From positions 1-64,000 of the IMG/VR virus record IMGVR_UViG_3300037852_000055: 64,000 nucleotides of DNA; one strand, given 5' to 3'. A program made the position numbers and the translations under genes. The notes under the pieces are model-generated. The model made no database searches. It had not been told where the DNA came from and saw nothing but the letters and a program-made list of their open reading frames with translations. This stretch comes from a virus. Shown piece after piece: positions 1-10,405 of the stretch (positions within the stretch are counted from its first letter, which is position 1; every line of letters begins with the position of its first letter).

Positions 1-1
1 T

Positions 2-1975
2 GGCCCCGATGGGGTTCCTAGGGCTCTTATTAGCACTTCTTCTAGTGGTGTGGCTACCGCCCCCACACTGGCTTTACCAGGGGTAGTGGGAAGAAATGTT
101 AATGCTTCCACTGATACTATTGTTTCTACTGATTGTAATCCAAAGAGGATTCAGTACCTATTTTCAGGTACAGTGGCTGTAACCTTACCTACAGCCACAA
201 CTCTTGGAGACTCTTTTTGTAGTTTTAAACTTTCTATACCCAGCAACAGTAGCACTACATCTATAACTGTTACCCCCACAACGTGGACTATAAATGGTAA
301 TAGTACCCTCGTACTAAGCACAGGAGAAACCGCTAATATTTATGTAGATCCAAGTAGCAGTACAAATTGGCAAGCTGATTGTGTTCCTGTGTGTGGAGCT
401 TTGACTAACAACGCACTTCTAACAGGGGGGAAAGCTATCCAAGCACCAGTTGCAACGGCTACTTTAACTTCTTCTTTGATTTCTTTGCCTGTACCCGGTG
501 TTTTTGTGCCTACAACTATCAGTGCTTCTGATGCTTTAAAGTCAGACTGTACAGCTACCAGTACAAACACAGGAAATATTTTGGATCTTATTGGAAATCC
601 AGCATCAGCTGCTTCAGTATTTTCTGTTGACTGTGTTACTGGAAATGTTACAGGCAGTGGTACAGCTACATTGGCAAAGGTTATTGGCACTGGAGGCGTG
701 TCTGCTACAAGCGGATCAGTTAGTGCTGGGTCAACTACTGTTACTGGGGTTATGTGTCCCAGTGGAGTTACGGGGGCGTGGTGTGCAGCGGAGGGCTCCA
801 CCGCTGGCACTCCAACTGCGGGGGGAGATTACCTCCGAGCTGATTCTACGGCACATGCTTATAAAGCCTCTTTGAATAATGGTGCAGAGTTTTTATCGGC
901 GGTAAATGCTTCTTTGGCCCCTACAGGAACCATTGCGTTATCTTTTGCATCAGCCCCAGCCGGATCTAAATGCGTACAAACTAGCGGTACAGCGGGACTA
1001 GTTACAGAAGCATCCAGTGCCTGTGGCTCCGGTGGTAGCCCTAGTCTTGACCAAGTTACAGGCTCAGCTGCTCAAGCAACGGGAACAGAAACTGCAGCTG
1101 GACATGAATATACTTTTGCAGGAGTGGAAACTGCCAACCTAACTTCTCCGTTTTCTTTCACTGATGCTAACTCTACGAACAATAATACCAATGGCGCGGT
1201 TATCATCGGCACTACTGGGACAAGTACCGGAGCAGTACCTCTGCGAGTTAACGAAGCCACAGCAGCAGGTGATTTGATTGACGCTTACAATGGCGGAACA
1301 GTTACGAATGGAGTTCTCTCAGGGGGAACCAAGGAATTTGGAATCAGCGCAACAGGAGCGTTGAATGCTCTGCTCTCAATCAGCACTACGGCATCTTCCC
1401 CAGCTTGTACAGCTGGAACAGCCGGGTTCTGGTGCGGAGCGGAAGGCACAGCGTTTACAAATGCTTCAAGTACAGCAGGAATTTATCCAGATTCAACTGC
1501 TCATGAGTTTTTAGCTAAAACAAATGGAGCTTCGTCAACTGGGATGATGCTTCGTGCTCAGCCTGGTTCTATACGATCTACGGGGTTAGTTGCCGCAGTT
1601 TCCACAGCAACTTTATGTGCAGCTTCAGCTGGAGCTTGTAATACCCCAGGAACTTATGCAGTAGATATTTCCCTTTACCAAAGTGGCACAGCCTGTACTG
1701 CAAACACCACTGGAGGAGTTACTCCTTCCTTGACGTGGACAGATGGAAACGGTACCTCCCATTCAGCACAAGGCATACCTCTTGATACCAATGTAAGTGC
1801 AACTGCAGTTACTGGAACTATGGTTTGGGGAGCTACTACTTTAGGAGCATGGGGAAGCGGACACATAGTGATTGATACTAATGGTTCTGTTATTCAGTAT
1901 GCTATTGCCTTTGCTCAATGTGGTACTGGAACAGCAACCTATGCGGCAAGCTTAGTGACTACGAGGTTACAATAA
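2..1975 (+). CDS. Tail-fibre/adhesin-like structural protein, 5'-truncated by the window edge
   Basis: Frame is open from position 2. Thr/Ser/Gly/Ala-rich with an internal repeat (WCAAEGS..DSTAHAYKA / WCGAEGT..DSTAHEFLA). Confidence 0.55.
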   Translation, partial: GPDGVPRALISTSSSGVATAPTLALPGVVGRNVNASTDTIVSTDCNPKRIQYLFSGTVAVTLPTATTLGDSFCSFKLSIPSNSSTTSITVTPTTWTINGNSTLVLSTGETANIYVDPSSSTNWQADCVPVCGALTNNALLTGGKAIQAPVATATLTSSLISLPVPGVFVPTTISASDALKSDCTATSTNTGNILDLIGNPASAASVFSVDCVTGNVTGSGTATLAKVIGTGGVSATSGSVSAGSTTVTGVMCPSGVTGAWCAAEGSTAGTPTAGGDYLRADSTAHAYKASLNNGAEFLSAVNASLAPTGTIALSFASAPAGSKCVQTSGTAGLVTEASSACGSGGSPSLDQVTGSAAQATGTETAAGHEYTFAGVETANLTSPFSFTDANSTNNNTNGAVIIGTTGTSTGAVPLRVNEATAAGDLIDAYNGGTVTNGVLSGGTKEFGISATGALNALLSISTTASSPACTAGTAGFWCGAEGTAFTNASSTAGIYPDSTAHEFLAKTNGASSTGMMLRAQPGSIRSTGLVAAVSTATLCAASAGACNTPGTYAVDISLYQSGTACTANTTGGVTPSLTWTDGNGTSHSAQGIPLDTNVSATAVTGTMVWGATTLGAWGSGHIVIDTNGSVIQYAIAFAQCGTGTATYAASLVTTRLQ

Positions 1976-2742
1976 TGAAGCGTATTGCTCCTTACTTATT
2001 TCTTTTATGTGCACTTGTTGTTGCCCCTTATGTGAACGCTGCAACATGGACATTTAGACAGGGAGTTCGTTTAACAACCTGTGCATCTAGTAGTAATACC
2101 TGTACACTAACTATTAGTGGTACAGTTGGAGGCGCTGGTGATGTAGTAGCTATTTTTCTTGCCTGTCAAGGGGCCAACTCTACTTGCGCTATTTCTTCAG
2201 CTACTTTAGGCGCAGCAAATGCTACTCTGGTTGCTTCTAGTGGGTGCCAAACATCAGCCAGTTCTGCTGGTTCAATAGACTGCGCTTATTTTATTGCTCC
2301 CGCCGCTTCCCAAACTTCAATTGTATTTACTAATGCTATTTCTCCAACTAGTGGTTGGTATGTTGGGGCGGTAGAGTGCTCAACCTCAGGAACAGCATCT
2401 TTTGATAAGGCGGGGGCATTAGCCACTACCTCAAATGTTACCAATCCTCTAGGGCCAACGTTAACACTATCTGGCACCAATGACTGCATTGTGCAGTCTA
2501 TTCGCCCACAGGTAGCAGCCTCAGCAATTGGAGGTGGGTACACAGATGCTTACTCCTCTTTTGTGGTTACTCTTAGTGGAGCATATTTACTGAACACAAA
2601 CAGCGGAACTGGGCCAACATGGACAACAGGAAGTGGGCACGCTAGTGCGGACGGCATTGCTTTTAGTGATGGTGGAGGTAGTGTATCCTGCTCAACTTGG
2701 GGAGGCCCACAAATCCAAGGAGGCCCATCAAAGGCCCAGTAA
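1975..2742 (+). CDS. Secreted Ser/Thr/Cys-rich beta-structure protein
   Basis: TAATG overlap with the upstream stop puts the start at 1975; signal peptide MKRIAPYLFLLCALVVAPYVNA. Confidence 0.65.
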   Translation: MKRIAPYLFLLCALVVAPYVNAATWTFRQGVRLTTCASSSNTCTLTISGTVGGAGDVVAIFLACQGANSTCAISSATLGAANATLVASSGCQTSASSAGSIDCAYFIAPAASQTSIVFTNAISPTSGWYVGAVECSTSGTASFDKAGALATTSNVTNPLGPTLTLSGTNDCIVQSIRPQVAASAIGGGYTDAYSSFVVTLSGAYLLNTNSGTGPTWTTGSGHASADGIAFSDGGGSVSCSTWGGPQIQGGPSKAQ

Positions 2743-3129
2743 ATGAAAACTATCTTTACATTGATTTTATGTGTGTTTACTTTAGGGTGTGCTTTGCATC
2801 ATCCTGTTGTTCCACATTTGATGACTAGACCAGATTGTGCTTCAGGACTAGTTGAAGCTCCTGGTATATATAACGGTGAAGTAGTTATGCGGTGTTGGGT
2901 GCCAGAGCCAACTTGTGTGGCCTATAATGCATCAGTAAATTGTTTAGGCATATCTGCCACTGAATGCGCCCTTAAAATGAAACCTTGTATACTACTTCCA
3001 GACACTTTGGCCGTTGGAGAAGAAGATGAAGGCTCAGCAGATGAAGATGAAGCTAAAAAGGACACAGGCAACCTTAAACCACACCCATGGTGGAAGTTTT
3101 GGGTTAAGGAAAAGAATGAAGAAGATTAG
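2743..3129 (+). CDS. Cys-rich putative lipoprotein
   Basis: MKTIFTLILCVFTLG-C lipobox-like N-terminus; acidic tail ending WWKFW. Confidence 0.55.
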   Translation: MKTIFTLILCVFTLGCALHHPVVPHLMTRPDCASGLVEAPGIYNGEVVMRCWVPEPTCVAYNASVNCLGISATECALKMKPCILLPDTLAVGEEDEGSADEDEAKKDTGNLKPHPWWKFWVKEKNEED

Positions 3130-5035
3130 CAGCATTTTAATGACTATGCTTTTGTTTTGTACCTGTGCTATAGCACAAGGCACAATTACGCATATCATTT
3201 CTATAAAGAAGGAAAACCGTAGTTTTGATCATTATTTTGGAGCCTATGTTACACCTATTAGCGGTTCAGGTATTGCTTCTTTTTGTACTGGAGGCACTGC
3301 CCCAGCATATCCAAACCAAGTAAAATGCTATGCTCCCACTGACCCTACTAGTGCTTGCACTACTTATTCTGCTACCTGTGTAATGCCGTATACGTTGGCT
3401 CCTCAGGCTTTGCTTAATGAAAACACTGGAACAGTCTATGCAGATGTTGGGCACACTCGTGGTAATTTAGTAAATTATACCGATGCAGGAGCAATGGATG
3501 CCTTTCCAACCACCGGATGTGCTAGCGACACAGCAGCACAAGCAAATCAGTGTGCTTATGCATATTTTGATAGGACTAAACTTGTGTATTATTATTCTTT
3601 GGCAGATGCCTACGGTTTAGAGGATAATTTTTTTTCTAGCCAAACTCCCACCGCTCCAGCAGCTATGATGTGGTTTGCTGGGCAAGACAATGGTTTAGGT
3701 GATAATCCAATCACCACTACTACAGGAAGTTATACCTGTACAAATGGGCCAAACATTGGGGCAAATGCTCCAAGCTGTGTGGCAGGCAGCGATGCCACGG
3801 ATTGTGGAGCTGGAACCCCTCAGTGTAATGCAACATATAAGACAAACTGGACATGTGATGCAACACATACAGGAACATCGGCACCTTTTACATACACTGG
3901 GGACTTTGCCTCAGTGTCTGGAACGTATACGAGCGGAGTTTCTGGTAAGCTGTACTGTGTAAATCCCATTCTTAACCATGTAGCTACCAACGGTGTAACC
4001 TGTACTTCTAATGCCGGGTGCACAGCTCCTTATGTGCAGTGTATGGGAACAGGTTTTTATGGAGGACAATGTTCTACAGGTGGAGCAGCGTGTGTATGTT
4101 TTAATGGAAATGGATTGGCTAACGGACTAAACGGGTCTAGACCTGCAACTTGTACTGATGTAGCTGATTGTTCTACTAGTCCCAACACTTGCAATACTTC
4201 TACCAGTGTAGGTGCAGCCCTTGGAGCCCCATGTCCTAATCTCACAACCATTGCAGACCAATTGAATGCTGCCAATGTTACGTGGCATTACTACACTAGT
4301 GATCAAGCACGTAATGGTTCTGCTATGTTTCAAACCACTCGTTATGGAAACGCTGGTACATCAAAATCCTTTGCATCTAATAATTTTCCAGATACACAAT
4401 TTGCTATTGACGCAGCAGCAGCAACTGGAGAATGTACCACTGGACATGCTGTATGTACAACAGACGCTAGTTGTGGAGGAAATGGGCCGTGCATTGATAA
4501 CCCAGCTAATGCCCTTCCAACTGTTGTGTTTCTTAGTGGTTCTGGATCTACAAATGAGCACCCTGGTAATGCCGTTAGCACTGGGGTAGCGTGGACACAA
4601 ACACAGTTAAATGCGGTGTTTAATAACCCTTACTTATACAATCATTCTATAATTTTTATGGCCTATGACGATTCTGGTGGGTTCTATGATCATGTCTATC
4701 CACCGATGAGTGACGGTGTGAGTTATGGTATGCGCGTTCCTTTTATGTGTATTGGCCCTTATTGTGTTCATACTATAAACCATTTGCAAATGGGATTTGG
4801 TTCTACATTGAAATGCATTGAGCAATTCACTGGAGCTGCATCCATTGGTAGCCGTGATTCCATAGAAAACGATGCATGTTTTGGCACAGGCACTAAGGCA
4901 AGTCCTGGAACTGGAGCCAATGCAGGTATGGTTAATTTATCGCAATCTCCTATACCAGTGCCTGGAAACACTACAGTAGGGGCCTCACAAATTAATCAAG
5001 GATCGTTGTTGCCTCAAGGATCAGCTATTCAATAG
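3116..5035 (+). CDS. Secreted phosphoesterase (phospholipase C / acid phosphatase AcpA-PlcH family) with Cys-rich inserts
   Basis: Family motifs ENRSFDHYFG, NEHPG, YDDSGGFYDHV.PP, GMRVP; AAGGA RBS before ATG 3116; signal peptide MKKISSILMTMLLFCTCAIA. Confidence 0.85.
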   Translation: MKKISSILMTMLLFCTCAIAQGTITHIISIKKENRSFDHYFGAYVTPISGSGIASFCTGGTAPAYPNQVKCYAPTDPTSACTTYSATCVMPYTLAPQALLNENTGTVYADVGHTRGNLVNYTDAGAMDAFPTTGCASDTAAQANQCAYAYFDRTKLVYYYSLADAYGLEDNFFSSQTPTAPAAMMWFAGQDNGLGDNPITTTTGSYTCTNGPNIGANAPSCVAGSDATDCGAGTPQCNATYKTNWTCDATHTGTSAPFTYTGDFASVSGTYTSGVSGKLYCVNPILNHVATNGVTCTSNAGCTAPYVQCMGTGFYGGQCSTGGAACVCFNGNGLANGLNGSRPATCTDVADCSTSPNTCNTSTSVGAALGAPCPNLTTIADQLNAANVTWHYYTSDQARNGSAMFQTTRYGNAGTSKSFASNNFPDTQFAIDAAAATGECTTGHAVCTTDASCGGNGPCIDNPANALPTVVFLSGSGSTNEHPGNAVSTGVAWTQTQLNAVFNNPYLYNHSIIFMAYDDSGGFYDHVYPPMSDGVSYGMRVPFMCIGPYCVHTINHLQMGFGSTLKCIEQFTGAASIGSRDSIENDACFGTGTKASPGTGANAGMVNLSQSPIPVPGNTTVGASQINQGSLLPQGSAIQ

Positions 5036-5049
5036 AGGACGGACATTAA

Positions 5050-7473
5050 ATGAAAAAATTTCTTACTACACTTTTGTTGTGTGTTTTGTGTTCTCTTCCT
5101 GTTATTGGGCAATCTTATGCAGCTTATCAAGGAAATGCTTTGGTTCCTCTTCCTAGTGCCCCGAATTTTGGGACGTACACTAGAAATGGCTCAGTGTTCT
5201 ATGATACATCCTATGCAACTTCTGCTGGTTATACTGGCCCTCAACCTCCAGTTATTCGTTGTACAGACGCTAATTTAACTAGTTCTGTTAATTACCAAAG
5301 TTACTCTGCTGGGCAAGGAGGAGCTGGCAATGCTCGTGGACTATTTAACTCAAACCACACAGCATTAGTAGTTAACGGTAGTAATGTTATTTTGTTTAAT
5401 GGTAATTCTTGTGGCCCCTCAACAGGAACCCATGCTGGCTCAGGTTTTGCCATTACTACAGACATGAATACGGCTGGAGGAGGATCAAGTGCGTCTTTAG
5501 CTAACTTTGGTACACCAGCATTTGATGCTATTTCCCCCACTCTCCTATACTACACAGGTTTTGTTTTAAGTGCAACCAATGATGTACAAGCCGGAACCGT
5601 TACTATAAACACCAGTAGCGGGGCCTATACTGACAACGGTATCGTAACTGATTTTTCTACAGGTATTCCTGTGGGTTCCAATGCTCCTGCTTGGCAAGCT
5701 AATCATACGTATTCAACAGGGCAATATGTTAGCTATACCTTAACTAGTGGACAGGCTCCTGCTTGGCAATCTACACATACATACTCTCTCGGAGATATTG
5801 TTGTTCCAACAACCGGAAATCCTTCTGGTTGCATGTTTAGGGTGGTGCAAGCAGGGACTAGTAGTAGCACCCAGCCTACTTGGGGAACAGGCAACTGTGG
5901 ATACGAAACGTTGGCAGGTACAGATGGCACAGTAAAGTGGGGAGGAACATCAGCTCAGGGATCTTTTGTTTATCAGCTGATTAGTTCTGGAGGTACGAGT
6001 GGATCTTCTACTCCAGCGTTTGTTCCAATATCCACTGGCCATCCTGATATGCTTACACAGGTTAGCGATAATGGTTTAACTTGGATAAATGTTGGTCCCA
6101 ATGTTGTTGTAATTGGTGGCAGTGTGGGTTGGACTGATTTCGCATGGCAATCTAAAGATGGTACTGAAAATTGCATGGGAATTAGCACCAATAACTACGG
6201 TTGGTTGACCGGGCCACAAGGAGGAAACCTAAGCAATTATCAAGGTGAACAACAAGGCACAGGAATCTACATGGTGTGTTATAAAACCACCACTAATATT
6301 TATGTCCTTTACAATACGGCCACTGGAATAATGAGTACCACTACTTGCTCTGGTGGTACAGGATATTTATGCACTGGAGGCACTTGGAATATGTCTCCTG
6401 TAGGGGCAACTACTGCAATTACAGCGGCATCTTGCGGAGGTGGAGGATTTCTTCATGCTGGAAAATCTTCCTCAGGGGATGACTATGTTACAATGCCGTT
6501 GCAAACTTCAACAAATTGTAGCAGTGCCCCAGGAAACCCTGTGGTATGGAAACCATTCTCTAGTTTTAACTCTACAACTTCAGCTCAAGTTTTAGTTGGA
6601 GGATTGAACCATTATGGGCCAGGCTATAGCCACCTTGTTAATGTTGGTCAAAGTGGAAGCTTTAATGGGGGATTTACTGGTGGGGCTTACTCCCAGATCT
6701 ATGATCTTTCTAACCCCACAGCTATTCCCAATGTAAGTTGGCTAGTTAGTACTTGTGATACTAGGCATTATACTCCAGGTATTGTGTATACTAATCCTCC
6801 CTGTGAGTTTGCTGACGCTTATGACCAGCATACAAGCTGGGCAGCAGCGGCCATTGGGGGTGTAGATGCAGGCCCTGCTTGTGGGTCATTTTTAAACTTG
6901 TTGACTTTAAACCCTAATCCATACGCTCCGTGGCAAGGGGAAGAAATGTGTTTTTCAACTACTCCTAATTGGGTTTACGGTGGCTCTACTACTGGGCAAC
7001 AACAATGGAGATTTACTCATAGTTTCAATTCTGGCACTAATTCTAACTTTTCTGTTCAATTTTCTATAAGCCAAGTTTCTGTGGACGGAGCGTACATGGC
7101 TTGGGGAACAGATGATCTTTGTGGGTTTGGTAATACAGCTGGAACTTCTGCTGCACTGTACCCAACTGGAACAACCTTATGTGGACAAAATTGGCAACCT
7201 AGTTTTTCTTATAGTACAGGTGTACTAATAAATCCTTTTGGAGCCACTACTGGATCAGGCACAAACTTTGGAGTTTATCAGGTTACTACGGGAGGCACAA
7301 GTGCAGGCACAGCTCCGGCATGGTTTGTTTGTAATTCCGGCACGGCTGGTAACACAGTGACCGATGGAAACGGTGTAGTATACACATGCATAGGCTCAGC
7401 CAATGGTAGAGGCGATGTTTTGATCGTTGCTTTGCCACAAAGTTATGCCAGTTGGTTTGGACAATTATTGTAA
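5050..7473 (+). CDS. Secreted protein with three CBM5/12-like (W-Q-x-x-x-x-Y) carbohydrate-binding repeats
   Basis: Signal peptide MKKFLTTLLLCVLCSLPVIG; APAWQANHTYSTGQYV, APAWQSTHTYSLGDIV, NWQPSFSYSTGVLI, each followed by GTS..P and DG.V.W-like motifs. Confidence 0.65.
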   Translation: MKKFLTTLLLCVLCSLPVIGQSYAAYQGNALVPLPSAPNFGTYTRNGSVFYDTSYATSAGYTGPQPPVIRCTDANLTSSVNYQSYSAGQGGAGNARGLFNSNHTALVVNGSNVILFNGNSCGPSTGTHAGSGFAITTDMNTAGGGSSASLANFGTPAFDAISPTLLYYTGFVLSATNDVQAGTVTINTSSGAYTDNGIVTDFSTGIPVGSNAPAWQANHTYSTGQYVSYTLTSGQAPAWQSTHTYSLGDIVVPTTGNPSGCMFRVVQAGTSSSTQPTWGTGNCGYETLAGTDGTVKWGGTSAQGSFVYQLISSGGTSGSSTPAFVPISTGHPDMLTQVSDNGLTWINVGPNVVVIGGSVGWTDFAWQSKDGTENCMGISTNNYGWLTGPQGGNLSNYQGEQQGTGIYMVCYKTTTNIYVLYNTATGIMSTTTCSGGTGYLCTGGTWNMSPVGATTAITAASCGGGGFLHAGKSSSGDDYVTMPLQTSTNCSSAPGNPVVWKPFSSFNSTTSAQVLVGGLNHYGPGYSHLVNVGQSGSFNGGFTGGAYSQIYDLSNPTAIPNVSWLVSTCDTRHYTPGIVYTNPPCEFADAYDQHTSWAAAAIGGVDAGPACGSFLNLLTLNPNPYAPWQGEEMCFSTTPNWVYGGSTTGQQQWRFTHSFNSGTNSNFSVQFSISQVSVDGAYMAWGTDDLCGFGNTAGTSAALYPTGTTLCGQNWQPSFSYSTGVLINPFGATTGSGTNFGVYQVTTGGTSAGTAPAWFVCNSGTAGNTVTDGNGVVYTCIGSANGRGDVLIVALPQSYASWFGQLL

Positions 7474-7488
7474 TTAGGAGAAATAGAA

Positions 7489-7794
7489 ATGATAGTTTCA
7501 CCCATAATTTCAGACTTCAGACACGAGATTGTCATTTCTATTCTCGCGTCTATTTTCTTAGGAGCCGTTGCTATGCCGTTTCGTAAAGTTAAGAGTGCAT
7601 GGCTAGATCTTACTACCAAATTAGAAGCCGTGCACATTGAGCTGTCAGTACAAAGAAACAATTGTCTACAGACACTTCAGAACCAGGGTGATAAACAGAT
7701 TGAACTCCTTGGAAAAGCGGTGGACACCTTAGGGGAAATGCGTTTAGAGGCTAAGGAAACCCAAGGGTTCTTGAAAGGAATATTCCAGAAATAA
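7489..7794 (+). CDS. Holin-like membrane protein (one TM plus coiled coil)
   Basis: AGGAG RBS; single hydrophobic segment then coiled coil; lies at the end of the structural-like module. Confidence 0.4.
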   Translation: MIVSPIISDFRHEIVISILASIFLGAVAMPFRKVKSAWLDLTTKLEAVHIELSVQRNNCLQTLQNQGDKQIELLGKAVDTLGEMRLEAKETQGFLKGIFQK

Positions 7795-7798
7795 GGCA

Positions 7799-7828
7799 TT
7801 GACATTTCGTGTTTTTCCGTGGTATACT
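7799..7828 (+). promoter_or_regulatory. Sigma70-type promoter
   Basis: TTGACA-N18-TATACT with extended -10 TG. Confidence 0.75.
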
Positions 7829-7857
7829 AAATAAGTAGTAGAACTCAGAAAGGAACT

Positions 7858-9132
7858 ATGTCAAAAACAGAACTTTCAGCCTATGAACTTGGGCGATTAA
7901 AAGATGCACTGTTATACGCTCAAGAAACTTCTGATAAGGAAGGGCGTTTGCCTTTTCAGGAAGAGTACAGGGCTAAGCTAGAGTGTGGCAGGGAAGTGGC
8001 AAAGCACCTTCAGCACTACATAGAAGAGACCAACGCAATAAAAATAGCTGAACGCCTTGAAGCAATTCCAGAGAGAGCTGAAGTACGTAATACTACTAAG
8101 TTTGCTATGGGAGAAGAGTTGCAAGGCACTTCCTTTGGTCATGTAGTACGGCAAAACGCTTTGTTACGTGCCCAAGTAGCTCGTATTAAATTTGAACAGG
8201 ATACAGCAAAGGAAGCCCATAGGCAATGGATTGCCGATGAAGTGGAGTCTCTTAAGGATGAGGCTAAGAACGAGATTAAGAGAATACCAAGCAAACCTTC
8301 CCCTGTAAATGAAACGGGACTGATGCTAGAAGTTTCTCTTTTTGATGTGCACTTTGGTAAATTGGCATGGCCCTCTGAAACAGGAAGTGTACCCTATGAC
8401 CTAAAAGTAGCACAAGCAATGTTTATACGTGCTATTGATAAACTCATTGAACGGTCTAGACACTATAAATATGAATTAATACTATTTCCTATTGGAAATG
8501 ATTTGCTTCACGCTAACGATGTAGACAGCAAGACTATTCACGGTACAGTAGTGGATTCTGAGGGGCGTTTTCAGAAGACATATTGGACAGTTCGTAAAAC
8601 CTTGGTAGAAGCCATTGAAAAACTAAAAGAGCTGGGGCCAGTAAAGGTTGTTACTTGTGCTGGTAACCACGATAAAACTGCTGTTTGGACGTTGGCCGAT
8701 TCTTTAGAATGTTGGTTTCATAGCGACCCAGATGTGTCCTTTGACAATTCCCCAATATATCGTAAGTACCAAGAATGGGGCAAAGTAGGGTTGCTGTTTA
8801 CCCATGGAGATTTGGGCCACAGAGAAGATTACCCTTTGTTGTTTGCCACAGAACAGCCTGAACTGTTTGGCAGAACAAAATTTAGGGAAGTTCATACAGG
8901 CCACTTGCACACCACTAAAAGCCAAGAATTCCATGGTGTACGGGTGCGTATACTTGGGGCACTAACTCCGGCAGATGAGTGGCACGCTTCTAATGGGTAT
9001 GTAGGAAACCTTAGAACAGCTGAAGCTTTTGTGTGGTCTAAAGACGAGGGTTTGATTGCTATGTTTACTTACACAGACGAAGCATATCCAACGATTGTAA
9101 CAAAACGGGATGTTGTAAAGGAGAAGAAGTAA
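7858..9132 (+). CDS. Calcineurin-like metallophosphoesterase
   Basis: DVHFG, GNDLLH, GNHD, HGD and GHLH motifs. Confidence 0.85.
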   Translation: MSKTELSAYELGRLKDALLYAQETSDKEGRLPFQEEYRAKLECGREVAKHLQHYIEETNAIKIAERLEAIPERAEVRNTTKFAMGEELQGTSFGHVVRQNALLRAQVARIKFEQDTAKEAHRQWIADEVESLKDEAKNEIKRIPSKPSPVNETGLMLEVSLFDVHFGKLAWPSETGSVPYDLKVAQAMFIRAIDKLIERSRHYKYELILFPIGNDLLHANDVDSKTIHGTVVDSEGRFQKTYWTVRKTLVEAIEKLKELGPVKVVTCAGNHDKTAVWTLADSLECWFHSDPDVSFDNSPIYRKYQEWGKVGLLFTHGDLGHREDYPLLFATEQPELFGRTKFREVHTGHLHTTKSQEFHGVRVRILGALTPADEWHASNGYVGNLRTAEAFVWSKDEGLIAMFTYTDEAYPTIVTKRDVVKEKK

Positions 9133-9134
9133 AA

Positions 9135-9305
9135 ATGCCAGAGACTCAGAACTACGTGGTAAGAACCGAGGGAATGTTTAATAGTTACGGCCTAGGCAAG
9201 GTGATTGCTAAGAATATTACCTTGTTTGAGGCCGGGAAATATAACCTTACGTATGAACAGTTGCAAAAGGAGATTGCTAAGATACCAAAAGGGAGGCTCA
9301 GGTAA
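9135..9305 (+). CDS. Small hypothetical protein (56 aa, not in ORF track)
   Basis: GGAG upstream; ATG 9135 to TAA 9305 fills the gap between flanking genes. Confidence 0.5.
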   Translation: MPETQNYVVRTEGMFNSYGLGKVIAKNITLFEAGKYNLTYEQLQKEIAKIPKGRLR

Positions 9306-9308
9306 CCC

Positions 9309-9995
9309 ATGGCAATAGACTCAGTATTGTATGGGTTTGGGTTTCGTATGCGCTCTGGCAAGGACACGGCAATTGCTGCTATTCTACAAGAAAATGAGCA
9401 TAGGAAAACCTTAGGAGACCCAGAGTACCCGGCCTACGACATGCGTAGGTATGGCTTTGGGGACGCAGTGAAGGCTGAGGTAAATCAAGCTGTAGATTCC
9501 TTTCCTCCACCTAGGGATATACGCTTGCTCTGGGACAAGGATTACTGGTTAGTGAATGAGCGGGGGGATTTTGTACAATTGCCACCATGGGTAAAGTATG
9601 ATCCTAATCCAGACATGACAGACCCATTGTGTCCTTATGGAAAGCAGAGGCTCTTGCTTCAATGGTGGGGAGATTCCTTTAGGCGCAGCATTAACCCTGA
9701 CTACTGGTTGAATAAACTTAAGGTACGATTAGAAAAGGAAAAACCTCAAGTAGCTCTTATTGCTGACCTGCGTTACCCAAATGAATTTGCTTTCATTAAA
9801 ACACTTGGAGAAGTTGTACGGGTAGATCGGCCTTCTCTTCCTCCTATTGATTCCAGCACACACTACTCAGAGCGTGCGTTGGCAGATGTACCGGATGAAG
9901 AATGGTCACGCATTTTAATAAATGATTGCTCCTTGGGAGAATTCAAGGCACGATCTGTAGAGGCATTTGATGTACTACTAACGTTCTTCCCTTAA
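9309..9995 (+). CDS. Deoxynucleoside monophosphate kinase
   Basis: P-loop GFRMRSGKDT, R.LLQWWG, DLRYPNE, HYSE. Confidence 0.85.
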   Translation: MAIDSVLYGFGFRMRSGKDTAIAAILQENEHRKTLGDPEYPAYDMRRYGFGDAVKAEVNQAVDSFPPPRDIRLLWDKDYWLVNERGDFVQLPPWVKYDPNPDMTDPLCPYGKQRLLLQWWGDSFRRSINPDYWLNKLKVRLEKEKPQVALIADLRYPNEFAFIKTLGEVVRVDRPSLPPIDSSTHYSERALADVPDEEWSRILINDCSLGEFKARSVEAFDVLLTFFP

Positions 9996-10009
9996 AAGGA
10001 GCAAGGGCC

Positions 10010-10405
10010 ATGCATAAACTGAGTAGGTTTCTTAGGGTCACATTTTTATGGCTTGTTATTTCTCCAATTTCTCTGGGTTTATTGGGTGTATGTTTAAACC
10101 AGGTTGTGCTTATTACTAACCACGACAAATTCCCAGTGTTAATGAATGAGTTTGCTGTGGAGAAAAACAAAATAGGCCCAGATGGAATGTTAGATGATGT
10201 GCACTGTGTAATGACTCCGTACACGCACCTTAATTTTTTATCTGATGTGTTTGATGATCATGGGGACATATACAGCATTGGGGATTTGTGTATGAACACA
10301 GGTGCATGGCTCACTCCCTACCTTTTTGTTGTATGGTTAACCCTAGTTGTAAAAAAGCTATATGAAAAGGACTCAGAATGGCAACAACCTCGATATTACC
10401 AGTGA
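10010..10405 (+). CDS. DUF5317-like membrane protein
   Basis: N..V...N...FPV, LNFLSD and YSIGD motifs between TM segments. Confidence 0.55.
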   Translation: MHKLSRFLRVTFLWLVISPISLGLLGVCLNQVVLITNHDKFPVLMNEFAVEKNKIGPDGMLDDVHCVMTPYTHLNFLSDVFDDHGDIYSIGDLCMNTGAWLTPYLFVVWLTLVVKKLYEKDSEWQQPRYYQ

